Positions 28,577 through 38,751 of a stretch of DNA of 64,000 bases are shown in pieces; position 1 is the stretch's first letter; each line of letters begins with the position of its first letter. The notes under the pieces were generated by a model. The model was not told the DNA's origin, ran no database searches, and worked only from the letters and a program-made list of their open reading frames with translations. This DNA comes from Myxococcales bacterium (GTDB lineage Bacteria > Myxococcota_A > Polyangia > Polyangiales > GCA-016699535), in NCBI GenBank assembly GCA_016699535.1, contig CP064980.1, forward strand, positions 1,425,728 through 1,489,727. The letters run 5' to 3'. A program made the translations under genes and the position numbers.

Positions 28577-30574
28577 GTGGAAGCTCAGACCTTCGGACCA
28601 TACGCTCTTGAACGTCGACTCGACAGTGGCGGGATGGCGGAAGTTTTTATTGCTAGGCGCACTGGTCCGCATGGTTTTGTTAAACGCATTGCGCTAAAGC
28701 GCATCCTTCCTCAATACGCACGAAATCCTGAGTTTATTAAGATGTTTGTCAGCGAGGCTCGATGGGCTGCGCAACTTGAACATCCGAACATTGTCCAGGT
28801 TTTCGATTTTGGAGAACAAGACGGGGAATTGTTCTTGGCGATGGAGTTGGTGGACGGCACCAATGTTAATAAACTTTTACGTATTACGAATACGCAGCAC
28901 GCTGCGATACCCGTCGATATTATCCTGCACATTGTTCATCAATCGGCTCAGGCCTTGGCCTACGCACACCGTGCTTGCGATGAAGCTGGCAAGCCACTTG
29001 GTATCGTGCACCGTGACGTGAGTCCGGCTAATCTTCTCATCACGCGCAGTGGCCATGTTAAGCTTAGCGATTTTGGAATTGTTCGAGCGGCGGGTGAAAG
29101 CACAGAAGCGGAACCAAAGCAGCTGCGCGGCAAACTAGGGTACATGTCTCCTGAACAGGTTCTCGGAAGCCCTCTCGATTCCAAAAGTGATGTGTTTACG
29201 CTGTGTACTGTGTTTGCTGAGCTCTTGATTGCTGAGCCCTTGTTTGGGGTGGGCAGCGATTTAGAAATTTTGCTTCGTATACGTGATGCTGATTTACGTG
29301 TGTTGGAACGAAGCCATCGTAAGATTCCCTCGGATGTCATGGACCTTTTGCTGCAGGGTTTAGCAAGGCGTGCAAAAGAGCGAATTGACTCAAACTTCCT
29401 GGTACGCGAGCTTTCTCATTTATTGCGCCGACGTGGCGCTGCAAACGGGCCGACTCGATTGGCAAAATATATCGTTCAAGTTGGTTTGGTTGGTGCGACC
29501 GGTGATTTTCCAACCATCGATGAGGCGCCTTCGAGACCCACCGAACTTGTGCCGCTGGGCGGGTATGATAACGACGATGAAGATACGGCACGCATGATGC
29601 GGCAACTCGATGCGATATCACCAGCCATCTATGAACTAAAGCTTCAGGACGGCCATGAAATGGGTCCAGTTAGTTTTCCCAAGCTTGTCGAACTTATTAC
29701 GAGCGGAATTGTGGATAGCATGACGCTGGTTGCAAAGCAGGGGACTGGTTTTCGTAAGGCACGTGAGTTCACGGAGATTTCTCGCTTCGTGACTTCTCCA
29801 GCATTTCGTTGGGATGCTGAAGAACTTGCCAACGCAACAAAATGGGGTGAGCTCGGCGAAGGAGTTTTGCTCTCTGTGGTCTATCAGCTGCTGAGCAAAC
29901 GTGAGACAGGCGTACTGCATTTAAGGGATGAGCAACGACGTAAGAAAATCTATTTTGTAGATGGTCGAGCAGACTTTGTTGTATCGACTGACAAAACAGA
30001 GCTTTTGGGCGAATATTTAATCACAAACAAGCTTTGTTTGCGGATGGAAATTGAAATGGCTTTGGCGCTGTTGCCGCGTTTCGGTGGTCGCTTGGGTGAT
30101 GCCTTGGTAGGGCTAAACATCTTGCGTCCGGTGCAGTTGGTGCGTGCGGTAACCGATCAAGTTCGTTCTCGCTTCCTTGAAGCCTTTCGATGGCAGGCAG
30201 GTCAGTGGGCCTTTGTTGTCGGCGCGCGCAGCGAAGAAGAGGCCTTTCCGTTGGGGACCGATCCGCATGAGCTTCTTAGGGATGCTTTGTTTCAGGTTCC
30301 CGCCACCCAAATCCACTCAACACTTGCGACTGGTGAATTTTCCGGTAAAATGTTGCTTGATTTAGGTGCACTTACCGCTTCGCCTTTTGATTTACCTGAC
30401 GTTTGGATTAGTGTTTTTCGTGATTTCCAAGAGGCAGCGATAGCAACAGAGGTCATGCAGAGGCATGGACCGAATACAGGTCTTGATGAAGAGACCATAA
30501 AACGTGTGGTTTTTTTCGGAGCATCATGTGGATTTCTTCATCCGCAGGCGGCTACGCCTAGCTCAGCCAAGTAG
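28577..30574 (+). CDS. Ser/Thr protein kinase with a GYF_2-like segment and a DUF4388 domain
   Basis: GTG start. HRDVSPANLL, DFGIV and GKLGYMSPE motifs. YELKLQDGHEMGPVSFPKLVELI (GYF-like). GVLHLRDEQRRKKIYFVDGRADFVVSTDKTELLGEYL (DUF4388-like). Divergent from the preceding kinase, with a 122-bp spacer. Confidence 0.9.
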   Translation: MEAQTFGPYALERRLDSGGMAEVFIARRTGPHGFVKRIALKRILPQYARNPEFIKMFVSEARWAAQLEHPNIVQVFDFGEQDGELFLAMELVDGTNVNKLLRITNTQHAAIPVDIILHIVHQSAQALAYAHRACDEAGKPLGIVHRDVSPANLLITRSGHVKLSDFGIVRAAGESTEAEPKQLRGKLGYMSPEQVLGSPLDSKSDVFTLCTVFAELLIAEPLFGVGSDLEILLRIRDADLRVLERSHRKIPSDVMDLLLQGLARRAKERIDSNFLVRELSHLLRRRGAANGPTRLAKYIVQVGLVGATGDFPTIDEAPSRPTELVPLGGYDNDDEDTARMMRQLDAISPAIYELKLQDGHEMGPVSFPKLVELITSGIVDSMTLVAKQGTGFRKAREFTEISRFVTSPAFRWDAEELANATKWGELGEGVLLSVVYQLLSKRETGVLHLRDEQRRKKIYFVDGRADFVVSTDKTELLGEYLITNKLCLRMEIEMALALLPRFGGRLGDALVGLNILRPVQLVRAVTDQVRSRFLEAFRWQAGQWAFVVGARSEEEAFPLGTDPHELLRDALFQVPATQIHSTLATGEFSGKMLLDLGALTASPFDLPDVWISVFRDFQEAAIATEVMQRHGPNTGLDEETIKRVVFFGASCGFLHPQAATPSSAK

Positions 30575-31240
30575 CTGTGTGACAAGTGCAGGCAGTTCGG
30601 ATGGCTTTTGCGCAATGGCATCGGGCTGGCGCTCGCCAGGGTTTTGTGCATAGCCCCAAGCGCACCAGATGGATTTCGCCTCGGCTTGCCGAGCCATGGA
30701 AACATCGCCTTCGCTATCGCCGATCATGACAACCTTGTTTTGAAGTCTATCGATGCCGCAAAGCTTGGCAGCGTGAATCAGCGGTTCAGGGTGGGGTTTG
30801 CTGTGGGGGCAAGTATCGCCGCCAACTACGGCATCAAAGAGATGTAAAACACCCAAGGTCTGAAGGAGCTGTCTTGAAATGGCCTCTGGTTTATTGGTGA
30901 CAACCGCCAAAGTGTAGCGCTTGTGAAGTTGGTTGAGACTTGTTTCAATTCCTGAATAAAGGTGAGTCTGAGTCGCGATATGCTCCGAATAATCGGTGAG
31001 ATAAGCTAACTTTGCTTTTTCAAATTCGTGCGCGGTGTCCGCGATTTCAGCAAAACAATACAGATACAAGTGCTGCATCCCTTTGCTTAGATGAGGACGA
31101 ATTGCGTCATTTGATATCGCGGGCAACGCGAACATACGTCGTACACGTCGTACGGCCTCGGTCATGTCGCTGCGGCTATCTTCGAGCGTTCCATCCAGAT
31201 CAAAAGCGACTAACATTGGCTGCCTCTCGTCTTGTTTCAC
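30563..31240 (-). CDS. HAD-superfamily hydrolase (phosphoglycolate phosphatase-like)
   Basis: FDLDGTLEDS motif I, VVTNK motif II and GDSEGD motif IV. Confidence 0.8.
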   Translation of the reverse strand: MKQDERQPMLVAFDLDGTLEDSRSDMTEAVRRVRRMFALPAISNDAIRPHLSKGMQHLYLYCFAEIADTAHEFEKAKLAYLTDYSEHIATQTHLYSGIETSLNQLHKRYTLAVVTNKPEAISRQLLQTLGVLHLFDAVVGGDTCPHSKPHPEPLIHAAKLCGIDRLQNKVVMIGDSEGDVSMARQAEAKSIWCAWGYAQNPGERQPDAIAQKPSELPALVTQLLG

Positions 31241-31252
31241 AGCAACATTGCT

Positions 31253-31669
31253 TCATACTTTCTGTTGTTGCCTAGCCAAGTCTTCGATACTGCCTTTGCC
31301 GTCACCGAGTTCGCTTACTTTACGTGCGCCGCTGCGGGAACCTTTATAGGCAGAAAAATGATTTCCATTGTGACTTCGTACTTCATGAGCTACGCCCGCT
31401 GGAATAATTAAAACATCGCCGCCTTCAATCGTGATGGGGTATTCATCAAAATGAAACGTTGTGCAGCCTTCTACGGCACCGCGAATTTCTTCCTCGTCGT
31501 GACTATGACGGCTGCGTTCAAACCAAGGATCAATCGTTTGCAAGTCATAGACTTTAAAGCCAAGGTTTTTCATTTCTTGTCCCATGCTCTCAGGCGTGGG
31601 GCTTTGCTTGTGAGGCCATTTTATGAGTTTGACGCCGTTCGGAAAAACGTGAATGGGTGCTGTCTTCAT
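31253..31669 (-). CDS. Cupin domain protein
   Basis: 138 aa. HSHDEEE...G....I.AGVAHEV pattern consistent with the two cupin motifs. Confidence 0.7.
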   Translation of the reverse strand: MKTAPIHVFPNGVKLIKWPHKQSPTPESMGQEMKNLGFKVYDLQTIDPWFERSRHSHDEEEIRGAVEGCTTFHFDEYPITIEGGDVLIIPAGVAHEVRSHNGNHFSAYKGSRSGARKVSELGDGKGSIEDLARQQQKV

Positions 31670-31715
31670 GCCCTTTTACTATGCGGCTTTGGTCCATCCG
31701 TCAAACCACGCTAGG

Positions 31716-32594
31716 ATGTCGAAAGGCATGACAGTTTTTGACTATTTTCATGTGAATCAGCCTGCTACGGATCACGCTTTGCCGGTGCTTGTTGAGGTTC
31801 CGCATGCCGGTTTGGCTTGGCCCGATGCGATCGCTGGAGGCTTTGAAGCGAAGCTTAACAGCATTCAAACTGCGGCGGATCTTTATATGGACCATGCGTG
31901 CCGTAGCTTGACTAAGAGTGGTGCCACGGTAGTGACTGCATTGGTTTCAAGAATGATTGTCGATTTTAACCGAAGCGCCGACGATCTAAGCCTTGGTATA
32001 TTGAAAAGCCAAAGTAAGTTGTCACCGACCTGCTACGGGGTGCTTTGGACACAAGACACGAAAGGCAACGCAGTGCGATCGGTGCCGATGCTTCGTGAAG
32101 AGTTTAGGGACTGCTTGGATCGCTTCTACTTTCCTTACCATCGCAATCTGGAAGTGTTACTTGCTCAGATGAAAAGAAAAAGCCGGCAAGTCGTGTTTCT
32201 GGCCGTGCATTCGATGCCGAGTTACTCGGCTCCTAAGATGGATGTGGTGCTGGGAAGCCTAAAAGGCAAATCGGGGAACACCGAGCTTTTGTTGCGTTGT
32301 GCCGATTGTTGCAAGCTTGGAAGGCTTCGGGTTGGTTTTGATGATCCTTATCAGGGCGGTTTTAGTACACGAGCTTATGGAAAGCCTGAGCAAGGTATGC
32401 ATGCCATTCAAATCGAGTTTAGCCGGGCGCTCTATATGGACGAGGACTCTTTGCGTCCAAATGAAAAGAGACTTGAGCATATACACTTATTGCTTGCCGA
32501 TTTGATTGCTACCGCTGCTGACTGGGTTGGGTCTCAAATCGCAGAGGGCGCTTCGGCGATGAGCGAATCCGAAGAGCGTACTTCCATGCGGTAG
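31716..32594 (+). CDS. N-formylglutamate amidohydrolase family protein
   Basis: ATG at 31716 avoids overlap with the divergent cupin gene. VEVPHAG, DFNRSADD and AVHSMPS motifs resemble the FGase family. Confidence 0.7.
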   Translation: MSKGMTVFDYFHVNQPATDHALPVLVEVPHAGLAWPDAIAGGFEAKLNSIQTAADLYMDHACRSLTKSGATVVTALVSRMIVDFNRSADDLSLGILKSQSKLSPTCYGVLWTQDTKGNAVRSVPMLREEFRDCLDRFYFPYHRNLEVLLAQMKRKSRQVVFLAVHSMPSYSAPKMDVVLGSLKGKSGNTELLLRCADCCKLGRLRVGFDDPYQGGFSTRAYGKPEQGMHAIQIEFSRALYMDEDSLRPNEKRLEHIHLLLADLIATAADWVGSQIAEGASAMSESEERTSMR

Positions 32595-32791
32595 CAGCTG
32601 TTCGCGGTCTGTAGATAGTAAACATCGCCTCCTGCCAAACGAAGGATGCGCTTGACTGGCGTTGTTACGTATTCATGGAGGCCATCGGGAAATTCAATTA
32701 CCACGACTGTTCCAGCCCGGGGAGGCTGAAGGAGGCGACCAAACACCGCCCGACCAGAGGGGCGGCCAACTTTGCGGAGCACGACGTCCAC
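32534..32791 (-). CDS. Small hypothetical protein (85 aa)
   Basis: ORF only. 61-nt tail-to-tail overlap with the preceding gene. No family recognised. Confidence 0.3.
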   Translation of the reverse strand: MDVVLRKVGRPSGRAVFGRLLQPPRAGTVVVIEFPDGLHEYVTTPVKRILRLAGGDVYYLQTANSCYRMEVRSSDSLIAEAPSAI

Positions 32792-33056
32792 CTAACAAAA
32801 GTAGCATATGGGGCAGCCGTGGCAAAGACAAAGACAAGTTCATAGGCCCTCGGGACTGAATGTATTGGGAAAAAACGTCAATTTGGGGGTTAGCTGCGAC
32901 GAGAGGGGAATTGTGGGTTGATGTTTTCGAGCTTTGCTTGATTCTCAAGGCTCGAGCCCCGAGGAGGTAAGCCGAAGATCGGGAAAGCTCGAAAAAAGTG
33001 CTTGCAGCTGCCAGGGACTGACCAGTTGCCTTGCCTTATCGATGCAAGGCGCATAA

Positions 33057-33671
33057 ATGCTTCGTATGCATCAACTCCCTCGCCAAGGACACATCGAAGT
33101 CATTTGTGGTCCTATGTTTAGTGGAAAGAGTGAAACGTTGATCGGGCGTTTGCGACGCAGTTTGATTGCTAAGCAACGTGTCCAAGTGTTCAAACCAAGT
33201 GTTGATGATCGCTATGGCGAAGAACGCATTGCAAGTCATTCTGAACTTTGGCTTGAGGCCAAAGCGACGAAGGACTCAACCGATCTTTTAACGCATGTCC
33301 TTCCGGAAACCAAAGTTGTGGGCATCGATGAAATTCAGTTCTTCGATGACGATGTTGTGGGTGTGGTTGAGCGGCTTGCAGATCAAGGAAAGCGTGTGGT
33401 GGTTGCGGGCTTGGATTTGGACTACAGTGCTAAGCCCTTTTCGATCGTTGCTGAGCTCTTAGCCCGAGCGGAATTTGTCACCAAGACCCTAGCGGTTTGC
33501 ATTCAGTGTGGTGATGTTGCCTCGCGTTCGCAGCGTTTGATTGCCTCGGCAAATCGCGTTGTTATCGGGGCGAAAGATGCTTACGAGGCGCGCTGTCGGC
33601 ACTGCCATGACCCCCGAGCTGAAGTCACTACCGCTCAGTTGTTTCCAGATTCTGAACCGTTAAGCAATTGA
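33057..33671 (+). CDS. tdk: Thymidine kinase
   Basis: GPMFSGKSE P-loop, GIDEIQFF, and a C-terminal zinc motif CIQCG...CRHCH. Confidence 0.9.
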   Translation: MLRMHQLPRQGHIEVICGPMFSGKSETLIGRLRRSLIAKQRVQVFKPSVDDRYGEERIASHSELWLEAKATKDSTDLLTHVLPETKVVGIDEIQFFDDDVVGVVERLADQGKRVVVAGLDLDYSAKPFSIVAELLARAEFVTKTLAVCIQCGDVASRSQRLIASANRVVIGAKDAYEARCRHCHDPRAEVTTAQLFPDSEPLSN

Positions 33672-34273
33672 AAGCGAAACGAAGTACGGAGGCTTCGGTA
33701 GGGCAGAGAAGGTTTCACTTTCGTTAGTGTCCTGCGAAGGCATGCCAGCAAACTTGGTCCGTCTAAGCGTTTTTGACCTTCCCGAACCACGCCGCGTAGC
33801 TTAATACTCGTTGGCTTTCCTTCTTCGTAGTGGATGCGTAAATCTGCTTCGCCCACGGAGGGCTTGAATGCGCCGCATTGAGGGAGCTTTGCGATGTGCT
33901 GCCATACCGTTTCTTCAAATGCGAGATCGCGTGAGCAGCTGCTGTTTGTTACTGCATCTTTAAGTTTGCAGTCCAAGTACGCAATCCGACCTTCTTCCAT
34001 GTGCAGTGACGATTCTGTTGCTCCAGCGAGCGCTTCGGTTTGAGTTTGCGCTTCTTGCTTAGGTGGGCTTGATTCTTCAGCCGGTGTTTCGTGTCGTTCT
34101 GCTGTTTTGTTTACGTCCACCGCAGAGTCTTCGGTGGACGATACCTCTGATGGGGAGGCACTGCTAAGCCATGCACTTGCTGTGAGACCAAGGCTAAAAG
34201 ATAGGGTCACGACACTAACTAGCTTGCCATAGTGGATGCGACTTCTCTGAGACTCTGTTATACCCTGACGCAT
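33635..34273 (-). CDS. Hypothetical signal-anchored protein
   Basis: The ORF runs to 34444. The start at 34273 (MRQGITESQRSRIHYGKLVSVVTLSFSLGLTASAWL) was chosen to avoid overlap with the divergent gene, so the start is uncertain. Confidence 0.5.
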   Translation of the reverse strand: MRQGITESQRSRIHYGKLVSVVTLSFSLGLTASAWLSSASPSEVSSTEDSAVDVNKTAERHETPAEESSPPKQEAQTQTEALAGATESSLHMEEGRIAYLDCKLKDAVTNSSCSRDLAFEETVWQHIAKLPQCGAFKPSVGEADLRIHYEEGKPTSIKLRGVVREGQKRLDGPSLLACLRRTLTKVKPSLPYRSLRTSFRFQLLNGSESGNN

Positions 34274-34295
34274 AGGTGGTTTATACCAATTTAAA

Positions 34296-35255
34296 ATGGA
34301 GTGTCGTGTTTTGCGTTCTTTATTCTTTTCGTGCACCGTCGGTTTAGGCATCTTTTGCGGCGGTCTGTTGAGTTGCTCGGGTGATGATTTAGGGCGTTGC
34401 AATCTCAGTGAGGCCCAAACTTGGGTGTATGATGAAAACGGCACGCCGGCTACTGGTGGTCAGGCGCTGATCTATTCGTCGTGTGGACGCGGCTCTTTTT
34501 GTCACTCCGCTAAGGCAGAGGGTTCAGCTCGCTTTGGTGTGCCCGCAGGACTGAACTTCGATATCCAAGCTATTACGGATCCTGGCAGCGCCGAAGAAGC
34601 AACAGCTATCTTGCGGAGCGGGTTCTCAAAACTTTATGAATACCGTTTCCAAAACTGGGCATGGATCAAAGATGGAACGATGCCGCCGGGTAAAGTTGGC
34701 CGCGACTTACTCGCGGATGCGCCACGTTTTATATACGATGACGGAAGTTCATTGCCTGCTTTCGATACAGCGGAGGGCAAAGAAGCCGTTCGCAATTGGT
34801 TTGCGTGTGCGCCGCCTCTTCCAATCGTTGAGCGAACCAGTCCGCATCCCGATGTGAACTACATTGGCTTTGGTGACGTGGTCTCTCCCAAGAAAATCGA
34901 TGCTCCCGATCCGAAGTGGGCCTCGATCTATCCGGTTTTAACGCGCACCGGTTGCAACAGTTTTCAATGTCACGATGATGAAAGCAAAGTCGCAGGTTTG
35001 GATCTTTCAAGCCAAGAGTTGGCGTATGCATCCCTCGTTGATCAAGCTGCAGCTGACGGAACGTCAGGTGCAGAGTGCGGTAATTCAGGGCTTCTCGTTG
35101 TAAAACCGGGCGATGCTGATGCCTCTTTGCTGGTGCAGAAGCTGGAAAACACGCAAAACTGTGGCTCAAGCATGCCGCTGGATGGGCCATTACTTAGTCC
35201 CATCTTTGTGAATCCCATTCGAGATTGGATTAATGCAGGAGCCCTCGACAACTAG
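34296..35255 (+). CDS. Lipoprotein with two degenerate PSCyt1-like (planctomycete cytochrome-c-like) modules
   Basis: Lipobox GGLLSC. CNSFQCHDDESKVAGLDLSS...VVKPGDADASLLVQKL...MPLDGPLLS...IRDWINAGA resembles the PSCyt1 layout, but with C-X4-CH instead of CXXCH. Confidence 0.6.
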   Translation: MECRVLRSLFFSCTVGLGIFCGGLLSCSGDDLGRCNLSEAQTWVYDENGTPATGGQALIYSSCGRGSFCHSAKAEGSARFGVPAGLNFDIQAITDPGSAEEATAILRSGFSKLYEYRFQNWAWIKDGTMPPGKVGRDLLADAPRFIYDDGSSLPAFDTAEGKEAVRNWFACAPPLPIVERTSPHPDVNYIGFGDVVSPKKIDAPDPKWASIYPVLTRTGCNSFQCHDDESKVAGLDLSSQELAYASLVDQAAADGTSGAECGNSGLLVVKPGDADASLLVQKLENTQNCGSSMPLDGPLLSPIFVNPIRDWINAGALDN

Positions 35256-35279
35256 CGGCTCACGGTTTAGACCGGCCGA

Positions 35280-37148
35280 GTGATGCAATCTGTACGTAAA
35301 AGTTTGATGGAAGCCCTCGAACAAGGTGCTTTGGTGTTTGATGGCGCGATGGGGACCGTGTTTTACGAGCGAGGCGTCCTCTATACGGTAAGCTTTGATG
35401 AGCTTTGCGTATCGCGGCCAGAACTCGTTCGAAAGGTCCATGCCGAGTATCTTGAAGCGGGTGCTCAGGTTTTGCAGACCAACACTTTTGGAGCGAATCG
35501 CTATCGGCTTGCAACGCACAGCCTGACCGACAAAGTAGCGGCTATCAATGAAGCTGCTGTGAAGCTTGCTAGAGAAGTTGCTCAGGACCGAGCCTATGTT
35601 GTGGGTTCGGTAGGTCCAACTGGCCTGGCGTTTAAGACGGTGGATCCCAGCGAGCATGCAAGTATTCAAGAGGCTTTTTCTGAGCAATGTCAGGCGCTTT
35701 GCAAGGCTGGTGTTGATGCGTTGATTCTTGAAACGTTTAGACATCCTGAGGAAGCCGCTCTAGCGCTTGCTGCGGCAAAGTCAGCCGCAGGATCTGCTAC
35801 ACCCGTGATTGCGCAAGTCTCCTTCGATGCCTTCGGAACGATGGCTGATGGTACGGGGCCCGAAGAGATGGCAAAAAGGCTGATCAAATGGGGTGCCAAC
35901 GCGATTGGAGTAAACTGCGCGGATGGTCCTGCCGGGGTCTACGAAATGGCTACGCGTATGTTGGGCCTGGGCGTCCCCGTGGTTGCGCAACCCAACGCAG
36001 GCTTGCCGCGTCGTGTGGAAGGACGTTTTGCTTATATGGCAACGCCTGAATATTTTTTGCTTTATGCCAGACGTCTGTTTAAGGCAGGGGTTTCGGCTGT
36101 TGGCGGTTGCTGCGGAACGACGCCTGAGCATATCCAAAAGATTATTGCTGCGGCCCGTATGGTTGGCGGGAGCGATCACCCGGAGCTCGGTGGCGGCATG
36201 CGTGACTTTTCCGACGTTCAAGAAAGTGCAGCACCAGGTGTCCGTGTTCTTAGTCTTGAGGAAAAGGGCGAACTTGGGAAAAAGCTCAACAAAAAGTTTG
36301 TCGTATCGGTCGAAGTTAATCCACCGCCGGGGCTTAGCCTGCAAAAAGCTCTTGATGGGGTAAAGATACTTAAAGAAGGCGGCATTGATGTGATCAATGT
36401 CGCTGAAAATGCACGCGCCACGATGCGTATGGGCAACCTTGCTTTGTGTCTACGCATTCAAGAACAGTTTGGCATGCCAACGTTGATGCATCTGACCACT
36501 CGCGATCGCAACTTGCTGGGTCTGGTTTCGCACTTGCTGGCTGTGCACGAGCTTGGCGTTCGCAATCTCGTGGTGATTACTGGTGATCCACCAAAGATGG
36601 GTGATTTACCGGACGCCACGAGCGTCTATGATTTGGATTCGATTGGCCTGTTGCGGTTAATCCGTGGGTTCAATCATGGCTTTGATCCCGGAGGCAAACC
36701 GCTTGGTGGCGCAACCAGCTTTTTGTGCGCCACTGGAGCAGAACCCGGTGCGGCTGATTACGCAAGAGAAACGCGTCGCTTGCGGAGCAAAGCTGAAGCC
36801 GGTGCAGAGCTTATTATGACTCAGCCTGTCTACGATCCCGAGTATCTGGAACGCTTTCTAAAAGATGTGGAGCCCTTGGGGGTCCCAGTGCTTGTGGGCC
36901 TGTTGCCTTTGGCGAGTTATCGAAACGCTGAGTTTCTGCACAACGAAGTTCCTGGGATGCAAGTGCCTCTTGTGATTCGCGAACGCATGCGCAAAGCCGG
37001 CAGCGGCCCCGAAGGCCGTAAAGAAGGCATCGCTATTGCTCGTGAAATGTTAGCTGCCGTCAAAGATCGCGTCGCAGGTGCGTATATTATGCCCCCCTTC
37101 TCACGCTACGAAAGTGCGCTTGAAGTGATCGATGGTCTGGTTGATTAA
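35280..37148 (+). CDS. Bifunctional homocysteine S-methyltransferase / 5,10-methylenetetrahydrofolate reductase (YitJ-like fusion)
   Basis: 622 aa. N-terminal Hcy-binding domain (FDGAMGT...GGCCGTTPEHI) fused to an MTHFR domain (SVEVNPP...TRDRN...GDPP). Confidence 0.9.
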   Translation: MMQSVRKSLMEALEQGALVFDGAMGTVFYERGVLYTVSFDELCVSRPELVRKVHAEYLEAGAQVLQTNTFGANRYRLATHSLTDKVAAINEAAVKLAREVAQDRAYVVGSVGPTGLAFKTVDPSEHASIQEAFSEQCQALCKAGVDALILETFRHPEEAALALAAAKSAAGSATPVIAQVSFDAFGTMADGTGPEEMAKRLIKWGANAIGVNCADGPAGVYEMATRMLGLGVPVVAQPNAGLPRRVEGRFAYMATPEYFLLYARRLFKAGVSAVGGCCGTTPEHIQKIIAAARMVGGSDHPELGGGMRDFSDVQESAAPGVRVLSLEEKGELGKKLNKKFVVSVEVNPPPGLSLQKALDGVKILKEGGIDVINVAENARATMRMGNLALCLRIQEQFGMPTLMHLTTRDRNLLGLVSHLLAVHELGVRNLVVITGDPPKMGDLPDATSVYDLDSIGLLRLIRGFNHGFDPGGKPLGGATSFLCATGAEPGAADYARETRRLRSKAEAGAELIMTQPVYDPEYLERFLKDVEPLGVPVLVGLLPLASYRNAEFLHNEVPGMQVPLVIRERMRKAGSGPEGRKEGIAIAREMLAAVKDRVAGAYIMPPFSRYESALEVIDGLVD

Positions 37149-37160
37149 TTGGTCTTAGTT

Positions 37161-37700
37161 TCAGCTTTCTATGCGACCCTTTAAGATCCAATCGATGACC
37201 AAATCCAGTAATTCTGCATCGCTTGCCTGATCCAGCTCGTCAAGCATTTCGATGTGGCGTGCAAGGTCGACAGCGTTATCATCATACAACTGGTTAATTA
37301 TGTCGCGCAAATCGGTAGGCAGTTCGAGAAGCGCTTCAAAAATGAGTTGGATTTCTGCGTTGCTTAGGCTTGCTTCCTTCACAAAGCTGATGCGCAAAGG
37401 CGAGCAGCGTCGTTTTTGCGCGACGCTTAGTATCCAGTAACGAATCAAGTTCTGAGCAAGCAGCATGCCCCAAAGCTCTTGTTTGACACCCTCAGGTTTC
37501 TTTGACCGCAAGGTGGACGTGGCATCCAGCAGATGTGTTTTCATGTCATCATAACCAAGTTCAATCTCCCAGCGCTGCCGGTATAGCTTTGTCATGTGCG
37601 AGCGAGGATAAAGCTTCGGGTCCACAAGCGAGGTCAACAACCACATCTGTTTGCCCGTCTTAGGATGACGCAGCCAAAGTGCTCGACACTGCTGCCACAA
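37161..37700 (-). mobile_element. IS4-family transposase fragment (DDE domain middle/C-terminal part), truncated at both ends
   Basis: YRQRWEIELGYDDMKTHL (Y-2-R-3-E-6-K signature). Positions 37379-37493 are near-identical to 56789-56903. The 3' 220 nt (37161-37378) are unrelated to the other copy. Confidence 0.75.
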
Positions 37701-37709
37701 GACTTGTGA

Positions 37710-38508
37710 AAAAAGCGCACGAGGCGCTACCGGCTGGCTGCAGAGTGCAGCACCTATGGTGGCTACTTTGGACCGAATGCGTGCTGGTCTGCTGATTACA
37801 AAGGAGAGTTTGCGCTTTCAAACCACCGCCTTTACTACCCGCTGACGATTTGCGATGTCAGAAGCCGTTATCTGCTCAAGTGCAAATCACTGCCTCATAC
37901 GCGTACGCACAAGGCGAAAAAGGTCTTCGAAAAAGCTTTTTGTGAGTATAGCTTGCCGGATGTGATTCGCACGGATAACGGCGCACCTTTCGCTAGCCTC
38001 GCTCGTGCATGGCTAAGCGAACTGAGTATCTGGTGGCTACGTTTGGGCATTCGGCCGCATCGTATCGATCTAGGACGGCCCACCCAACAAGGACGCCATC
38101 CATGAACGTATTCATAAAATCTTGCTGAATGAGTGCTCCTTTGCAATGAGTCATACCGAGCAGCAGCTTCTCTTCAATCGTTTCATGCACATCTATAACA
38201 CCGAGCTACCTCATAAATCACTGAGCGATAAAGTACCCGCGGACATCTACGCTTCATCGAGCAAACGCTATCCCAGAAAAGACAAAGACCCCGAGTATCC
38301 CGATGACTTTTTCCTCGAGCGCGTCGATAAGCGAGGTGGCATTCGCTTTGCAGCGAACCACGGAATGCTCAGCCCGCTTTTAGCTGGCCAAATCATTGGC
38401 CTAAAGTGCATCGAACAACGCAGTTTTGACCTCTTCTTCGGAACAGTCTATCTAGGAGAGCTAACCCACAAAGGATTCAAACCGCTCAGACACAAATCAT
38501 CAACATAA
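37710..38508 (+). pseudogene. IS481-family-like transposase (integrase core), N-terminally truncated and frameshifted by a 4-bp tandem duplication
   Basis: PNACWSADYKGEFALSNHRLYYPLTICDVRSRYLL...IRTDNGAPFAS...LSIWWLRLGIRPHRIDLGRPTQQGRH, then CCATCCAT (38096-38103) shifts the frame. It continues HERIHKILLNEC...YNTELPHKSL in ORF 38122..38508. Confidence 0.75.
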
Positions 38509-38751
38509 ACCCCAATTCTGTTACCCATCAGGGTTTACGCTTTTGTAACCCATCAGCTTTCTGTGCACATATTTGTAGCCCAAGGTAGGCCAAATGACCC
38601 CATCTACGGGTTTTGGGATGGGACAGACGCGAGAAGTGTACTGCGGAAATATTGTGTATGTCGATTGATTTTACAGCAGAAGATGTTTCGTATTGCTAAA
38701 AACGCTGCTGGTATGGTCTTTGCAGAGTCGTAGAGTGTTTGTCGATAATCC

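Noticed and set aside
37161-37378. The acidic helical tail (…LDELDQASDAELLDLVIDWILKGRIES) fused to the IS4 fragment, as a possible distinct gene
   Set aside because: It has no independent start. It is most simply the C-terminal stub of a gene truncated by the IS4 insertion, and it cannot be assigned.
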